Assembly (NCBI RefSeq): GCF_035084215.1
Contig: NC_090329.1
Location: 32,860,001 to 32,924,000, forward strand
Source of the DNA: Heptranchias perlo
Taxonomy: Eukaryota
Reading direction: 5' to 3'
Length of the DNA: 64,000 bases
In this document: positions 1-13,560 of the stretch, in pieces
Numbering within the stretch: the stretch's first letter is position 1
How the letters are laid out: the number at the start of each line of letters is the position of its first letter
Translations under genes and position numbers: made by a program
Notes under the pieces: generated by a model
What the model was told of the DNA's origin: nothing
Database searches by the model: none
What the model saw: only the letters and a program-made list of their open reading frames with translations

Positions 1-609
1 ATATTCTCTGTACCAGTAATAAAACATTCACAGATCTTCTTTCTGATCAAAAAATACAACAGAACCCTTATCGCTATTCTGCAACAGAGCAGGGAACCTA
101 TCTCACTATCTGCAAGTGGTCTAAGTGGATAAAACAAGGGAGCAGAAACATCTTCCTGTTCTTAACACGGTATGCGATTAAATTTTTAGTGTTAATACCG
201 GTTTTGTATAAATGGACACTTGAGCATTGTGTATTTGTATTATAGAAACCTGTTCACCATTTCCAGCAATCACAGCTAATCATAGACATTTCATACAGCA
301 GCCCGGCTGAGACTAAGTTCCCATAGAGACTCAGTCAGCCACACAAAGTATTTCACAAAACCCATGGAAAGTATTAGCGGATCTATTCACACAGTGGCTC
401 CTATGGCTGGAAGGATTTTAAAGCACAATAAGGCAGACATCTGCTGAAAATGAGCATTGTATTATTGTTACATGCAATACAAAATCTAACACTCAATAGC
501 GCAAACTGAAATACCCAGCTTGTTCCCCTCATGGGAAGATCTACATAACTAAGTCAGAATTTCATCAGCTGGCCATTAGCTCCTTCTCACCCAAATAAGA
601 AACGGAACT

Positions 610-680
610 TAAATAAAAACAGAAAATGCTGGAAAGACTCAGCAGGTCAGGCAGCATGTGTGGAGAGAAGAGCAGAACTT
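610..680 (-). mobile_element. Short terminal fragment of Penelope-like family B
   Basis: aaataaaaacagaaaatgctgga...gtcaggcagcat matches 17177-17235. Confidence 0.6.
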
Positions 681-916
681 CTTCAAGGTGGGCATTCCTG
701 AAGCAGAATTTTCCTGTCTCTACTCCATTGAACATACACGATATCTTACAGCGATGGCTGCCATGTTCAGTACTGTGACACGTCCCCCTCTTTTGTGATA
801 TGGTTTATTTAAAGGCAGTTGAGGGGAAACAACCAGAAGCCCCCTTGAACGAAGGATTGATCTGGGCTCATCAACCCAGGAAACTCTCTCTCAAAACAAA
901 GTCAGATGCCTTTACT

Positions 917-3900
917 CATAGAAACATAGAAAATAGGAGCAGGAGTAGGCCATTCGGCCCTTCGAGCCTGCTCTGCCATTCAATATGATCATGGCTGATC
1001 CTCTATCTCAATACCGTATTCCCGCTCACTCCCCATGCCCCTTGATGCCTTTTGTGTCTAAAAATCTATCCAGCTCCTTCTTAAATATATTCAGTGACTT
1101 GGCCTCCACAGCCTTCTGTGGTAGAGAATTCCACAGGTTCACCACCCTCTGAGTGAAGAAATTTATCCTCATCTCAGTCCTAAATGTCCTACCCTGTATC
1201 CTGAGACTGTGACCCCTCGATCTGGAACCCCCAGCCAGGGGAAACATCCTCCCTGCATCAAGTCTGTCTAGCCCTGTCAGAATTTTATATGTTTCAATGA
1301 GATCCCCTCTCGTTCTTCTAAACTCGAGTGAATACAGGCCGAGTCGACCCAATCTCTCCTCATACGGCAGTCCTGCCATCCCAGGGATCAGTCTGGTGAA
1401 CCTTTGCTGCACTCCCTCTATGGCAAGTATATCCTTTCTTAGGTAAGGAGACCAAAACTGCACACAATACTCCAGTTGTGGTCTCACCAAGGCCCTGTAT
1501 AACTGCAGTAAGACATCCTTGCTCCTGTACTCAAATCCTTTTGCAATGAAGGCCAACATACCATTTGCCTTCCTAACTGCTTGCTGCACCTGCATGTTTG
1601 CTTTCAGTGACTGGTGTACAAGGACACCCAGGTTCCTTTGTACTTCAACATTTCCCAATGTATCACCATTTAAATAATACTCTGCCTTTCTGTTTTTCCT
1701 TCCGAAGTGGATAACTTCACATTTATCCACATTATACTGCATCTGCCATGTATTTGCCCACTCACTCAACTTGTCTAAATCGTCTTGAAGCCTCTTTGCA
1801 TCCTTCTCACAACTCACGATCCCACCTAGTTTTGTGTCATCAGCAAACTTGGAAATATTACATTTGGTTCCCTCATCTAAATCATTGATCTAGATTGTGA
1901 ATAGCTGGGGCCCAAGCACTGATCCCTGCGGTACCCCACTAGTCAGTGCCTGCCAACCCGAAAAAGACCCATTTATTCCTACTCTCTGTTTCCTGTCTGT
2001 TAACCAATTTTCAATCCATGCCAGTATATTACCACCAATCCCATGTGCTTTAATTTTGCACACTTATGTGGGACTTTGTCAAAGACCTTCTGAAAATCCA
2101 AATAAACCAAATCCACTGGTTCTCCCTTATCTATTCTATCAGTTACATCCTCAAAAAACTCCAGTAGGTTTGTCAAACATGATTTGCCTTTCATAAATCC
2201 ATGTTGACTTTGTCCAATCCCATTGATATTTTTTAAGTGCCCTGTTATCACATCCTTTATAATAGACTCTAGCATTTTCCCTACTACTGATGTTAGACTA
2301 ACCGGTCTGTAATTCCCTGTTTTCTCTCTCCCTCCTTTTTTTAAATAGTGGGGTTACATTTTCCACCCTCCAATCTGCAGGAACTGTTCCATAATCTATA
2401 GAATTTTGGAAGATGACAACCAATGCATCCACTATTTCCATGTCTACCTCTTTTAGTGCTCTGGAATGCAGATTATCAGGCCCTGGGGATTTATCGGCTT
2501 TCAGTCCCATTAATTTCTCCAGCACTATTTTTTTACTAATACTAATTTCCTTTAATTCCTCCTTCTCACTAGTCTCTTGGTTCCCTAGCATTTCTGGGAA
2601 GTTATTTGTGTCCTCTTCCGTGAAGACAGAACCAAAGTATTTGTTTAATTGGTCTGCCATTTCTTTGTTCCCCATTATAAATTTTCCTGTTTCTGACTGT
2701 AAGGGACCTACATTTGTCTTCACTAATCTTTTTCTTTTTACATACTTGTAGAAGCTTATGTTCCTTGCAAGTTTACTCTCATACTCTATTTTTCCCCTCT
2801 TAATCAATCTCTTGGTACTTTTTTGCTGAATTCTAAACTGCTCCCAATCCTCAGGCTTGCTACTTTTTCTGGCAACTTTATATGACCCCTCTTTGGATCT
2901 AATACTATCCTTAATTTCTTTTGTTAGCCATGGTTGGGCCACTTTTCCTTTTATGTTTTTGCACCAGAAAGGAATGTATAATTGTTGCAATTTGTGCATT
3001 CGTTCCTTAAACGTTAGCCATTGCCTATCCACCGTCATGCCTTTTAATGAAGCTTCCCAATCTATCATTGCCAACTCACTCCTCATACCTTCATAGTTTC
3101 CTTTGTTTAGATTTAGGACCCTAGTTTCGGATTGGACTACTTCACTTTCCACCTTAATGAAGAATTCTATCATGTTATGGTCACTCTTCCCTAAAGGACC
3201 CCGCACAACAAGATTATGAATTAACCCCTTCTCATTGCACAATACCCAATCTAGGATAGCCTGTTCCCTGGTTGGCTCCTCAATGTACTGGTCTAAAAAA
3301 AAATCTCATACACACTCCAGGAATTCATCCTCCACAGTATTATTGCTAGTTTAGTTTGGCCAGTCGATATGTAGATCAAAGTCACCCATGATTACTGTAG
3401 TACCCTTGTTACATGCATCTCTAATTTCCTGTTTGATGCCATCCCCTACATTACCACTACTGTTTGGAGGCCTATAGACAACTCCCACCAGTGTTTTCTG
3501 CCCCTTCGTGCTTCTTAACTCCACCCAGACTGATTCTACATCTTGATTTTCTGAGCCAATATCCTTTCTCACTATTGCTCTGATTTCATCCTTTACTAAC
3601 AACCCTACCCCACCTCCTTTTCTTTTTTGCCTGTCCTTCCTAAATATCGAATATCCTTGGATATTCAGCTCCCAGCCTTGGTCACCCAGCAGCCATGTCT
3701 CTGTAATTGCAATTAAATCGTATCCGTTTACATCTATTTGCGCTGTTAATTCGTCCACCTTATTATGAATGCTTCGTGCATTCAGATATAGTGCCTTTAG
3801 ATTTGTCTTTTTAACCTTTTTAGACATCTTAACATTTTTTTGTGCTCTGGCCCTCTTTGTCTTATTACCATTTTTTCTTACCCAGACCCTATTTGTTGTC

Positions 3901-4215
3901 TTTTGTTTGTACGCTCTGTCCCTTCCTGACACAATCTGGTTATCCTTACCCCAATCACTTTCCTGCACCGCTTCTTTGTCTTTTCTCTTCCCCGGGACCC
4001 TCTCCCCGCTTATTTACTTTAAAGCCCGATCTACCTCCCTAGTTATTCGACTCGCTAGAACTCTGGTCCCAGCGTGGTTCAGGTGTAGTCCGTCCCAATG
4101 GAACAGCTCTCTCTTTCCCCAGTACTGGTGCCAGTGCCGCACGAATCAAAACCCACTTCTCCCACACCAGTCTTTGAGCCACGCATTCATCTCTCTGATC
4201 TCATTTACCCTGTGT
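917..4215 (-). mobile_element. CR1-clade LINE, 5'-truncated in ORF1, with ORF2 (APE endonuclease + RT) broken by stops and frameshifts
   Basis: ORF pieces 3351-3968 (YLNARS, ITETWL, YRPPN, GDF), 2298-3242, 2000-2275 and 1026-1817. ORF1 esterase end (WDGLHLN) near 4080-4140. (TTTCTATG)n tail at 917. Confidence 0.95.
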
Positions 4216-5174
4216 TCTTTTTGCTCATGTTCTGGACAGAGTTTGGTGCAAAAAAGTAAATTTATTACTGCAAAGCAACAGACACTGAACTGAAGTGCTA
4301 GCCTAGATTATGTGTTCAAGACTCTGGAGCGGGACCTGATATAAATCTGATTATATAAATGTAAGTGGTCATTGATACATGTAACAATATTTAAAATATT
4401 AATTTTTTTGTGAAAATATTTTGGAAATGCTGGGGTCAAGTTTATAGAAACTTTTACTTCTTTGGGGTGGAAACTGGTTATGGCTCGTTTATGGATCTGT
4501 ACCCAGCAGCCTGCCGACAGCGCATGCCCCAACCAGGAGGCCTGAGGCCAGCCCAAAATTGGTCCTCAGGCCTCATTAACATTCGTCACATGAGCTGTCG
4601 GCACCTGTCACCCCGCCACAGGCAGCTCACACAATTTACATTGTTGAATATCAGGCTGCTTATTTCGCCAGCAATGGCTCTAAGGTAAGTCCCAGGAGGG
4701 AGTTGGAGCAGCAATGCGGGGAGGGGGGTGCCATCAGGATACTGCAGAATACTGCTTATCCTGGCTCCACAGAAATACTTTTTAAATGGGTGTCTCCAGG
4801 CAGCTCACAAGCGAAGAAGACTCGAAAATCGGGCCACCATGAGGGGACTGGGAAGGGGGCGACCTTGTCGGGAGGGAGAGCAGGCGGGTCGGGAGGGAGA
4901 GTGGTCGGGCCGTGAAGGTAGCAATGCTCAATGATCAGGGAGGACAGAGGCAAAGGCTGGGGTCTGGCTCTCACATGGGGCTTTTACTGTATCTGGCCCT
5001 ATAAAGCCGGAATTTCCCCTGATCTTCCTGCCCTTACTGGCCTTGCACCCAATAGTGCAGCTCCAGATGTGTCCGAACTCCATTACAATGGGGATCCCCA
5101 GGAATATCACACGCTATTTTTCACTGTAAGGAGTCTTACAACACCAGGTTATAGTCCAACAGTTTTATTTGAAA

Positions 5175-5211
5175 TCACAAGCTTTCAGAGGCTTCCTCCT
5201 TCGTCAGGTGA
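5175..5211 (-). ncRNA. Minimal type I hammerhead ribozyme motif
   Basis: Reverse strand reads UCAC-CUGACGA-A-GGAGG-AAG-CCUCU-GAAA-GCUU-GUGA. Confidence 0.7.
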
Positions 5212-5532
5212 GTGCAGGATTCCATAAAGGTATAGCATATCTAGTCATTGAACAATGCCTGGTGATTACAGATAATCTTTCCAACTGCCCGTTATCAAAG
5301 CAATCAAAGGAGTTGAATGGTGTTCAGACAGGGAAACATTACATACAAGACTACCGAATACACAAACGGTCACAACACAATGACACAGAGAGAGAGAGAG
5401 ACACACCCGAAAGGCAGAGAAAGAGATAGAATGACCAGTTGTATTAAAAACAGATAACTTTATTTCGCTGGTGGGGTTACATGTAGCGTGACATGAACCC
5501 AAGATCCCGGTTGAGGCCGTTCTCATGGGTGC

Positions 5533-5745
5533 GCAACAATCGCCAGACAGGAGGGTTCCCTCCCAGTTGGGGAACACTTCAGCAGTCAAGGACATTCAGC
5601 CTCCGATCTTCGGGTAAGCGTTCTCCAAGGCAGCCTTCGAGATACACGACAACGCAAAATCGTCGAGCAGAAATTGATAGCCAAGTTCCACACCCATGAG
5701 GACGGCCTCAACCGGGATCTTGGGTTCATGTCACGCTACATGTAA
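5533..5745 (+). pseudogene. C-terminal fragment of a Penelope GIY-YIG endonuclease (ATIARQEGSLPVGEHFSSQGHSASDLRVSVLQ...RKIVEQKLIAKFHTHEDGLNRDLGFMSRYM*)
   Basis: Manual translation. The VxxHF...H...DL...R...E...I...GLN pattern is typical of PLE GIY-YIG domains. Confidence 0.85.
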
Positions 5746-7009
5746 CCCCACCAGCGGAAAAAAAAGTTATCTGTTTTTAATACAACTGGTCATTCTATCT
5801 CTTTCTCTGCCTTTCGGGTGTGTGTGTGTGTCTCTCTCTCTCTCTGTCTTTGTGTTGTGACCATTTGTGTATTCGGTAGTCTTGTATGTAATGTTTCCCT
5901 GTCTGAACACCATTCAACTCCTTTGATTGCTTTGATAACAGGCAGTTGGAAAGATTATCTGTAATCACCAGGCATTGTTCAATGACTAGATATGCTATAC
6001 CTTTATGGAATCCTGCACTCACCTGACAAAGGAGGAAGCCTCCGAAAGCTTGTGATTTCAAATAAAACTGTTGGAAAATAACCTGGTGCTGTAAGACTCC
6101 TTACATTTGTTCACCCCAGTCCATCACCGGCATCTCCACATATTTTTCACTGCCCAGCCGAGCATACTTCTGGGTAAGTAAGTGAGTTGTGTCCATAACC
6201 ACTTTACGCTTGAGTATCCGCTATCTTTTCTGGTGGTTAAAAAGTCCCTTTGCTCAAGGCAGTCCCCGCCCACAAAACTGCCCATGCCCCCAGGTCGGAA
6301 AGGAGAGTTTCCGCCGATTGTGCCTGTTCAGGAAGATTCGTCAGATTATGCCCAGAATCTCGGGTGTACAGGCACCCGTGGTCATGTGAGTCCAGCCTTA
6401 ATCACCTGACCTGCATTTGACCAGACGTCAATTCAAGCCACTGTCCGGCCTTTTTCTTCAGCTGCTGCAAATACTTGAACAAATCAGTTTAAAACTAGTT
6501 TAAATTCAGTCAATTGATCTGCCCTTTGTAAATAACACTCGTGGCCAGCCAGCAGATAATTGAATCCACAGAGGAGTGTCCCACTATGCTGCAGTAATTG
6601 GTTTATTCAAGACAGCAGTGACCAGCAGTCACCTTGAGCCACAGGCCCTGCTGCTGCAAACAAAATGGCTCAATTCCTGCTCAGGAGAGTGATCAAAGCA
6701 TAAAAGCTGTAAAAAGTTTGCAGAGAGAGAGAAAAGTGTATTACCTTGTGATCTTCAACTTCACTCCGAAGGGAATGTTTTCTTCATTGCTTTTTATATG
6801 ACCGCATCCCAGCCTCATGATGTCCCATTGATTCTGTTCTGTTCCTGTCATGAATCGATTACGTTCAATTACACTGTTTGGTTGTGTTGATTCATGGCAG
6901 ATTCATGCTAATGGGTTTGTGCAGAAACTTGAGCGTAACTTCACCTCGGCAAAACTGGTGCAGTGTCCAGAGCATTCAGGGCACATTTTTCCAATTGCGC
7001 CTTAGCAGA

Positions 7010-7330
7010 AATTCCACGGTGAGATGATAAACCGAGGCCCCATCCGCCCTCCCAGGTGGATGTAAAAGATCTCTCGGCACTATTCGAAGAAGAGCAGAGG
7101 GGTTCTCTCTGGTACCAATTGTTATCCCTCAACCAACATCACTAAAACAGATTATCTGGTCATTATCACATTGATGTTTGTGGGACCTTGCTGTGCACAA
7201 ATTGGCTGCTGCATTTCCTACATTGCTTCCACAGTGACAATACATCAAAAGTACTTCTTTGGCTGTAATGTGCTTTGGGATGTCCTGGGATCGTGAAAGG
7301 CATTATATAACTGCAAGTCTTTCTTTATTT
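7010..7330 (+). mobile_element. DeuSINE-type (SacSINE1-like) SINE, 5'-truncated
   Basis: Matches the body and tail of the copy at 29915-30382. Confidence 0.75.
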
Positions 7331-7457
7331 TCTTTATAGTGCTCATTACATACAACGAGACATCACCAGGTACTTTATATAGCTCGTGATATCAACACTT
7401 TATATGCTGTATGTTGAATAATACTGTGTCATTCACTGATTTTGATTTACAATTTGA

Positions 7458-10400
7458 GAGCAACCGAGGCTCCAGGATGGTATGTTGCCTCCCTGGTGCA
7501 AAGGTCAGGGATGTCTCGGAGCGGCTGCAGGACATTCTGGAGGGGGAGGGTGAACAGCCAGTTGTCGTGGTGCATATAGGTACCAACGATATAGGTAAAA
7601 AACGGGATGAGGTCCTACAAGCTGAATTTAGGGAGTTAGGAGTTAAACTAAAAAGTAGGACCTCAAAGGTAGTAATCTCAGGATTGCTACCAGTGCCACG
7701 GGCTAGTCAGAGTAGGAATGACAGGATAGCTAGGATGAATACGAGGCTTGAGAGATGGTGCAAGAGGGAGGGATTCAAATTCCTGGGCCATTGGAACCGG
7801 TTCTGGGGGAGGTGGGACCAGTACAAATTGGACGGTCTGCATCTGGGCAGGACTGGAACCAATGTCCTAGGGGGAGTGTTTGCGAGTGCTGTTGGGGAGG
7901 GTTTAAACTAATGTGGCAGGGGGATGGGAACCGATGCAGGAAGTCAGTGGGAAGTAAAGTGGTGACAGAAACAAAAGGCAGTAAGGGAGAGTGTACAAAA
8001 CATGACCAGACAGATGGTCTGAGAAAGCAGGGCAAAGACCAAGGGAAGTCTAGATTAAACTGCATTTATTTCAATGCAAGAAGTCTGATGGGCAAGGCAG
8101 ATGAACTCAGGGCATGGATGGGTACATGGGACTGGGATGTTATAGCTATTACTGAAACATGGCTAAGGGAGGGGCAGGACTGGCAGCTCAATGTTCCAGG
8201 GTACAGATGCTATAGGAAAGATAGAGCAGGAGGTAAGAGAGGAGGGGGAGTTGCGTTCTTGATTAGGGAGAACATCACGGCAGTAGTGAGAGGGAATATA
8301 TCCGAGGGTTCGCCCACTGAGTCTATATGGGTAGAACTGAAAAATAAGAAGGGAGAGATCACTTTGATAGGATTGTACTACAGACCCCCAAATAGTCAAC
8401 GGGAAATTGAGGAGCAAATATGTAAGGAGATTACAGACAGCTGCAAGAAAAATAGGGTGGTAATAGTAGGGGACTTTAACTTTCCCAACATTGACTGGGA
8501 CAGCCATAGCATTAGGGGCTTGGATGGAGAGAAATTTGTTGAGTGTATTCAGGAGGAATTTCTCATTCAGTATGTGGATGGCCCGACTAGAGAGGGGGCA
8601 AAACTGGACCTCCTCTTGGGAAATAAGGAAGGGCATGTGACAGAAGTGTTAGTGAGGGATCACTTTGGGACCAGTGATCATAATTCCATTAGTTTTAAGA
8701 TAGCTATGGAGAATGATAGGTCTGGCCCAAAAGTTAAAATTCTAAATTGGGGAAAGGCCAATTTTGATGGTATTAGATAGGAACTTTCAGAAGTTGATTG
8801 GGAGAGTCTGTTGGCAGGCAAAGGGACGTCTGGTAAGTGGGAGGCTTTCAAAAGTGTGTTAACCAGGGTTCAGGGTAAGCACATTCCTTATAAAGTGAAG
8901 GGCAAGGCTGGTAGAAGTAGGGAACCTTGGATGACTCGGGAGATTGTGGCCCTAGTCAAAAATAAGAAGGAGGCATATGACATGCATAGGCAGCTGGGAT
9001 CAAGTGGATCCCTTGAAGAGTATAGAGATTGCCGGACTAGAGTTAAGAGAGAAATCAGGAGGGCAAAAAGGCGACATGAGATTGTTTTGGCAGATCAGGC
9101 AAAGGAGAATCCAAAGAGCTTCTACAAATACATAAAGGGCAAAAGAGTAACTAGGGAGAGAGTAGGGCCTCTTAAGGATCAACAAGGTCATCTATGTGCG
9201 GAACCACAAGAGATGGGTGAGATCCGAAATGAATATTTCACATCGGTATTTACGGTTGAGAAAGGCATGGATGTTAGGGAACTTGGGGAAATAAATAGTG
9301 ATGTCTTGAGGAGTGTACATATTACAGAGAGGGAGGTGCTGGAAGTCTTAACGCGCATCAAGGTAGATAAATCTCCGGGACCTGATGAAATGTATCCCAG
9401 GACGTTATGGGAGGTTAGGGAGGAAATTGCGGGTCCCCGAGCAGAGATATTTGAATCATCCACCGCTACAGGTGAGGTGCCTGAAGATTGGAGGGTAGCA
9501 AATGTTGTGCCTTTGTTTAAGAAGGGTGGCAGGGAAAAGCCTGGGAACTACAGACCGGTGAGCCTGACATCTGTAGTGGGTAAGTTGTTAGAGGGTATTC
9601 TGAGAGGCAGGATCTACAGGCATTTGGAGAGGCAGGGACTGATTAGGAACAGTCAGCATGGTTTTGTGAGAGGAAAATCATGTCTCACGAATTTGATTGA
9701 GTTTTTTGAAGGGGTAACCAAGAAGATAGATGAGGGCTGTGCAGTAGACGTGGTCTACATGGACTTTAGCAAAGCCTTTGACAAGGTACCGCATGGTAGG
9801 TTGTTACATAAGGTTAAATCTCATGGGATCCAAGGTGAGGTAGCCAATTGGATACAAAATTGGATTGACAACAGAAGACAGAGGGTGGTTGTAGAGGGTT
9901 GTTTTTCAAACTGGAGGTCTGTGACCAGCGGTGTGCCTCAGGGATCGGTGCTGGGTCCGCTGTTATTTGTTATTTATATTAATGATTTGGATGAGAATTT
10001 AGGAGGCATGGTTAGTAAGTTTGCAGATGACACCAAGATTGGTGGCATTGTGGACAGTGAAGAAGGTTATCTAGGATTGCAACGGGATCTTGATAAATTG
10101 GGCCAGTGGGCCGATGAATGGCAGATGGAGTTTAATTTAGATAAATGTGAGGTGATGCATTTTGGTAGATCGAATCGGGCCAGGACCTACTCCGTTAATG
10201 GTAGGGCATTGGGGAGAGTTATAGAACAAAGAGATCTAGGAGTACAGGTTCATAGCTCCTTGAAAGTGGAGTCACAGGTGGATAGGGTGGTGAAGAAGGC
10301 ATTCAGCATGCTTGGTTTCATTGGTCAGAACATTGAATACAGGAGTTGGGATATCTTGTTGAAGTTGTACAAGACATTAGTAAGGCCACACTTGGAATAC

Positions 10401-10953
10401 TGTGTACAGTTCTGGTCACCCTATTATAGAAAGGATATTATTAAACTAGAAAGAGTGCAGAAAAGATTTACTAGGATGCTACCGGGACTTGATGGTTTGA
10501 CTTATAGGGAGAGGTTAGATAGACAGGGACTTTTTTCCCTGGAGAGTAGGAGGTTTAGGGGTGATCTTATGGAAGTCTATAAAATAATGAGGGGCATAGA
10601 TAAGGTAGATAGTCAAAATCTTTTCCCAAAGGTAGGGGAGTCTATAACGAGGGGGCATAGATTTAAGGTGAGAAGGGAGAGATACAAAAGGGTCCAGAGG
10701 GGCAATTTTTTCACTCAAAGGGTGGTGAGTGTCTGGAACGAGCTGCCAGAGGCAGTAGTGGAGGCGGGTACAATTTTGTCTTTTAAAAAGCATTTGGACA
10801 GTTACATGGGTAAGATGGGTATAGAGGGATATGGGCCAAGTGCAGGCAATTGGGACTAGCTTAGTGGTATAAACTGGGCGACATGGACATGTTGGGCCAA
10901 AGGGCCTGTTTCCATGTTGTAAACTTCTATGATTCTATGATTCTATGATTCTA
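7458..10953 (+). mobile_element. CR1 LINE, near-intact: partial ORF1 (SGNH esterase) to 7911; ORF2 7911-10859 with a single in-frame TAG at 8778-8780; (TTCTATGA)n tail
   Basis: ORF1 has VVHIGTND and DGLHL. TAATG stop/start overlap at 7909-7913. APE motifs (FNARS, ITETWL, GDFN, SDH) and RT motifs (QHGF, DFSKAFD, GVPQG, FADD). ORFs 7755 and 8811 share one frame. Confidence 0.97.
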
Positions 10954-10969
10954 ACTATTTTTCATATAA

Positions 10970-11190
10970 TGAAAAACAGCTGAGCAGATAGCTTCAATTT
11001 TAGATACAAAGAAATCCAAAAACTCCTCATCGAAACTGGCATCGGAAATAAAAATGGAGGGATTAGAGAATGGAACTTGAAGGAAGAGATAAGAACCGGA
11101 GCTTGAAGGAGGGAGCTTGTCGTGATGATGAGGAGTTTGGAATATTTCCTCGCCCTCCAGTAAGACCCTGGAGTAGAACGATTTTTCTGT
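10970..11190 (-). mobile_element. Degenerate L2-type ORF2 fragment
   Basis: Minus-strand peptide EEFLDFFVSKIEAI resembles the L2 ORF2 linker region. Confidence 0.5.
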
Positions 11191-12436
11191 GGAGATGGAG
11201 AGCTGATATCTATTTTCGGGTGTTTGAAACAGACCTGGGGATGGATAACAAGGCTGGGTTGTGGACCCTGAGCACAATCCTCAAACAACATGGAAATAAA
11301 AAAAAATATTCCTATCTATATAAAAAAATACTTCTACTCAAACCAGGACAATGCAGTCGAATAGGTCAATTTAAAAAGTTAGAAATTTATGCACAGCTAC
11401 ATAATACAAAAAAAACTTTGAACCATTATTATTTTTGTAAGCTGGTAACTTGGACTACACCGCTCTTTCTTGACGTCAATAGCAACAAGGAGTCTTGAGT
11501 CCAACTCTGGTTTGAAGGATCTGCATGAGCACTTATGACACTTTCTTTCCGAAAAGCTTGGGTAAAAGAGCATGAAGGATGTTTAAAGAGTCGAGATATT
11601 CAAGGCAAGAAGGAAACGAAGAAGCAAAAAAATATCTCACTCTTAAATCTGAGAGAGCCACAGCTTTAGTGAAACCCAAAGAAATCAAAGTCCTAAAGGA
11701 AAAACATTGAAATACAATCTGGTTAGTATTATTTTAGTGATTAATCTGCTTGGGATCTAAATTCATGTTTTGTCTCTAATAGATGCTATTGTTTAAAATG
11801 TTTATAATATTAGCATGCTTTATTTTGTTATTAAAAGCTTAATCTTTACTCAATTTTTTTATTAAGTCGCTTTTTGCAGTTAAACCATACTGCTCTTAAT
11901 TCGAAGTTGCTTAATTTATATAGGTAATTCCATTTTTAAGACTAAATTCCCACTTTTGCTACTTATGCTGATTAGTTAAAATTATTGGATATTTCAATTA
12001 TTTCAGTGCGAAAAAAGACTTTGAATTATCAGGAGTAGACTGTAATGGGACTGATAGAATTTTAAAGATGTAACCACCTAAAATAATTCAAGATGATAAA
12101 AAAAAAATCTTTTCAATGTAAGACACTGTTTTTAACTACTGATTTCTTGAAAATTTTGCTGTGGTGAAAAGAAATGCCAGTCAACATGTTCTTTGTATGT
12201 TCTCTAACATTCTGCTCCAGCTACATTGCCCCATTGTTCGTTTGTGATTCTGAATGATTCATAGCTTAAGAGCTCTAGACATGGAAAGCCACTCAGAAAT
12301 TCTTTGAAATGAGTGAAAAGAGAAAAGTGAAGGTGAATCGACATCAGCTAGTGCAGGGCTGTATTTACCTGATAGCTTTCAGTTCCCCCAGAATAAAGCT
12401 ACTGTACAAAGTGTTGGTAATTGTGAAAACAATAAA

Positions 12437-13188
12437 GGCCCAGAAATTGCTCTGAGCGACAAACCAACTGTACCCGCTGCTCATTAGATTTAAGTCTCAC
12501 CCACTAAGTATCTGTGGGTAATCCGACGGCAACTTCCTTCAATGGTGAGCTTAAACAAGAGCCGCGTTCTTTCCCGGGCTTCTCTGAGCTGTGAGAGCAG
12601 GGAAAGGATCGCGCTCTCTCCCCTCAACCAATCAGCTTGAAGCATCCTTGACTAGCCGCGCAGACTTAGAACCAGGAAGTATCAGATAGATTAGTAAATT
12701 CACTATAAAATCAGCTCTAGAAAGAGAATTAACGAGAGGGTAAGATTAAAAGACAGAGATAAAAGAGACAGAAAGAATCATTTAAAAAATTAAAATTTTT
12801 AATTTTTTTTAAAAATGGCCAACAACAATTAAAATCGGAAATAATGAGACTCCACATTTTTAAAAGTTGATTTTCAGTGCCAGAGAGCTGTTTGACAGTC
12901 ATTAATACTTACCACGCCGTTAAAAGTTAGTTTGGACCTAAAAAACGCAGCGCACCTTTTTTAGGGAGAGATTAGTTCATTTCCAGCTGGGCAGTGCAGC
13001 AAATTTGCACTGATTCATTCATTCAGCTGGCGAGCTGACTTCCCGCATAACTTTCAAATGAGCAGGGCAAATGGTGGAGCAATTTCTGGATTTTCGTGTT
13101 TGATCACATGTGTGCTTGCTCCGGAACTTGCTCTTCCATTTGCCCTGAAATAACGGTGAGCCCTATTAGCCAGAGCAATTTCCAAGCC
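12437..13188. mobile_element. Non-autonomous DNA transposon (Harbinger-like MITE)
   Basis: Imperfect TIRs GGCCCAGAAATTGCTCTG / CAGAGCAATTTCCAAGCC. The interior is homologous, in inverted orientation, to 58030-58270. Confidence 0.65.
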
Positions 13189-13227
13189 AATCTTCTGCAT
13201 TCTCTGCTGTAAGCAATTAACATTATA

Positions 13228-13560
13228 AGAAAGATTTGCATTTGTATAGCAACTTTCATAACCTCTGGATGTCCCAAAGTGCTTTACAGCCAATGAAGTA
13301 CTTTGAAGTGTAGTTACTGTCGTAATGTAGGAAACGCGGCAGCCAATTTGCGCACAGCAAAGTTCCACAAACAGCAATGTGATAATGAACAGATAATCTG
13401 TTTTAGTGTTGTTGGTTAAGGGATAAATATTGGCCAGAACTCCCCTGCTCTTCTTTGAAATAGTGCCATGGGATCTTTTACATCGATCTGAGAGAGCAGA
13501 TGCGGCCTTGGTTTAACATCACATCCGAAAGGTGGCAACTCCGATAGTGCAGCACTCCCT
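13228..13560 (-). mobile_element. DeuSINE-type SINE, partial
   Basis: Reverse complement of the 30035-30380 segment. Confidence 0.75.

Larger units (their letters stand above)
5125..6141 (+). mobile_element. Penelope-like element family A, fold-back insertion 1 (arms ~5125-5533 and ~5689-6105, tail 6106-6141)
   Basis: ~410 bp inverted arms. TATTTTTCACTG is duplicated at 5115-5126 and 6141-6152. Carries a GIY-YIG C-terminus and hammerhead motifs. Confidence 0.92.

Noticed and set aside
6630-6800. Minus-strand TATAAAAA followed by AG|GTAAT and a pyrimidine tract/AG
   Set aside because: The implied intron is only 38 nt, and there is no ORF or downstream exon. Motifs alone are insufficient.
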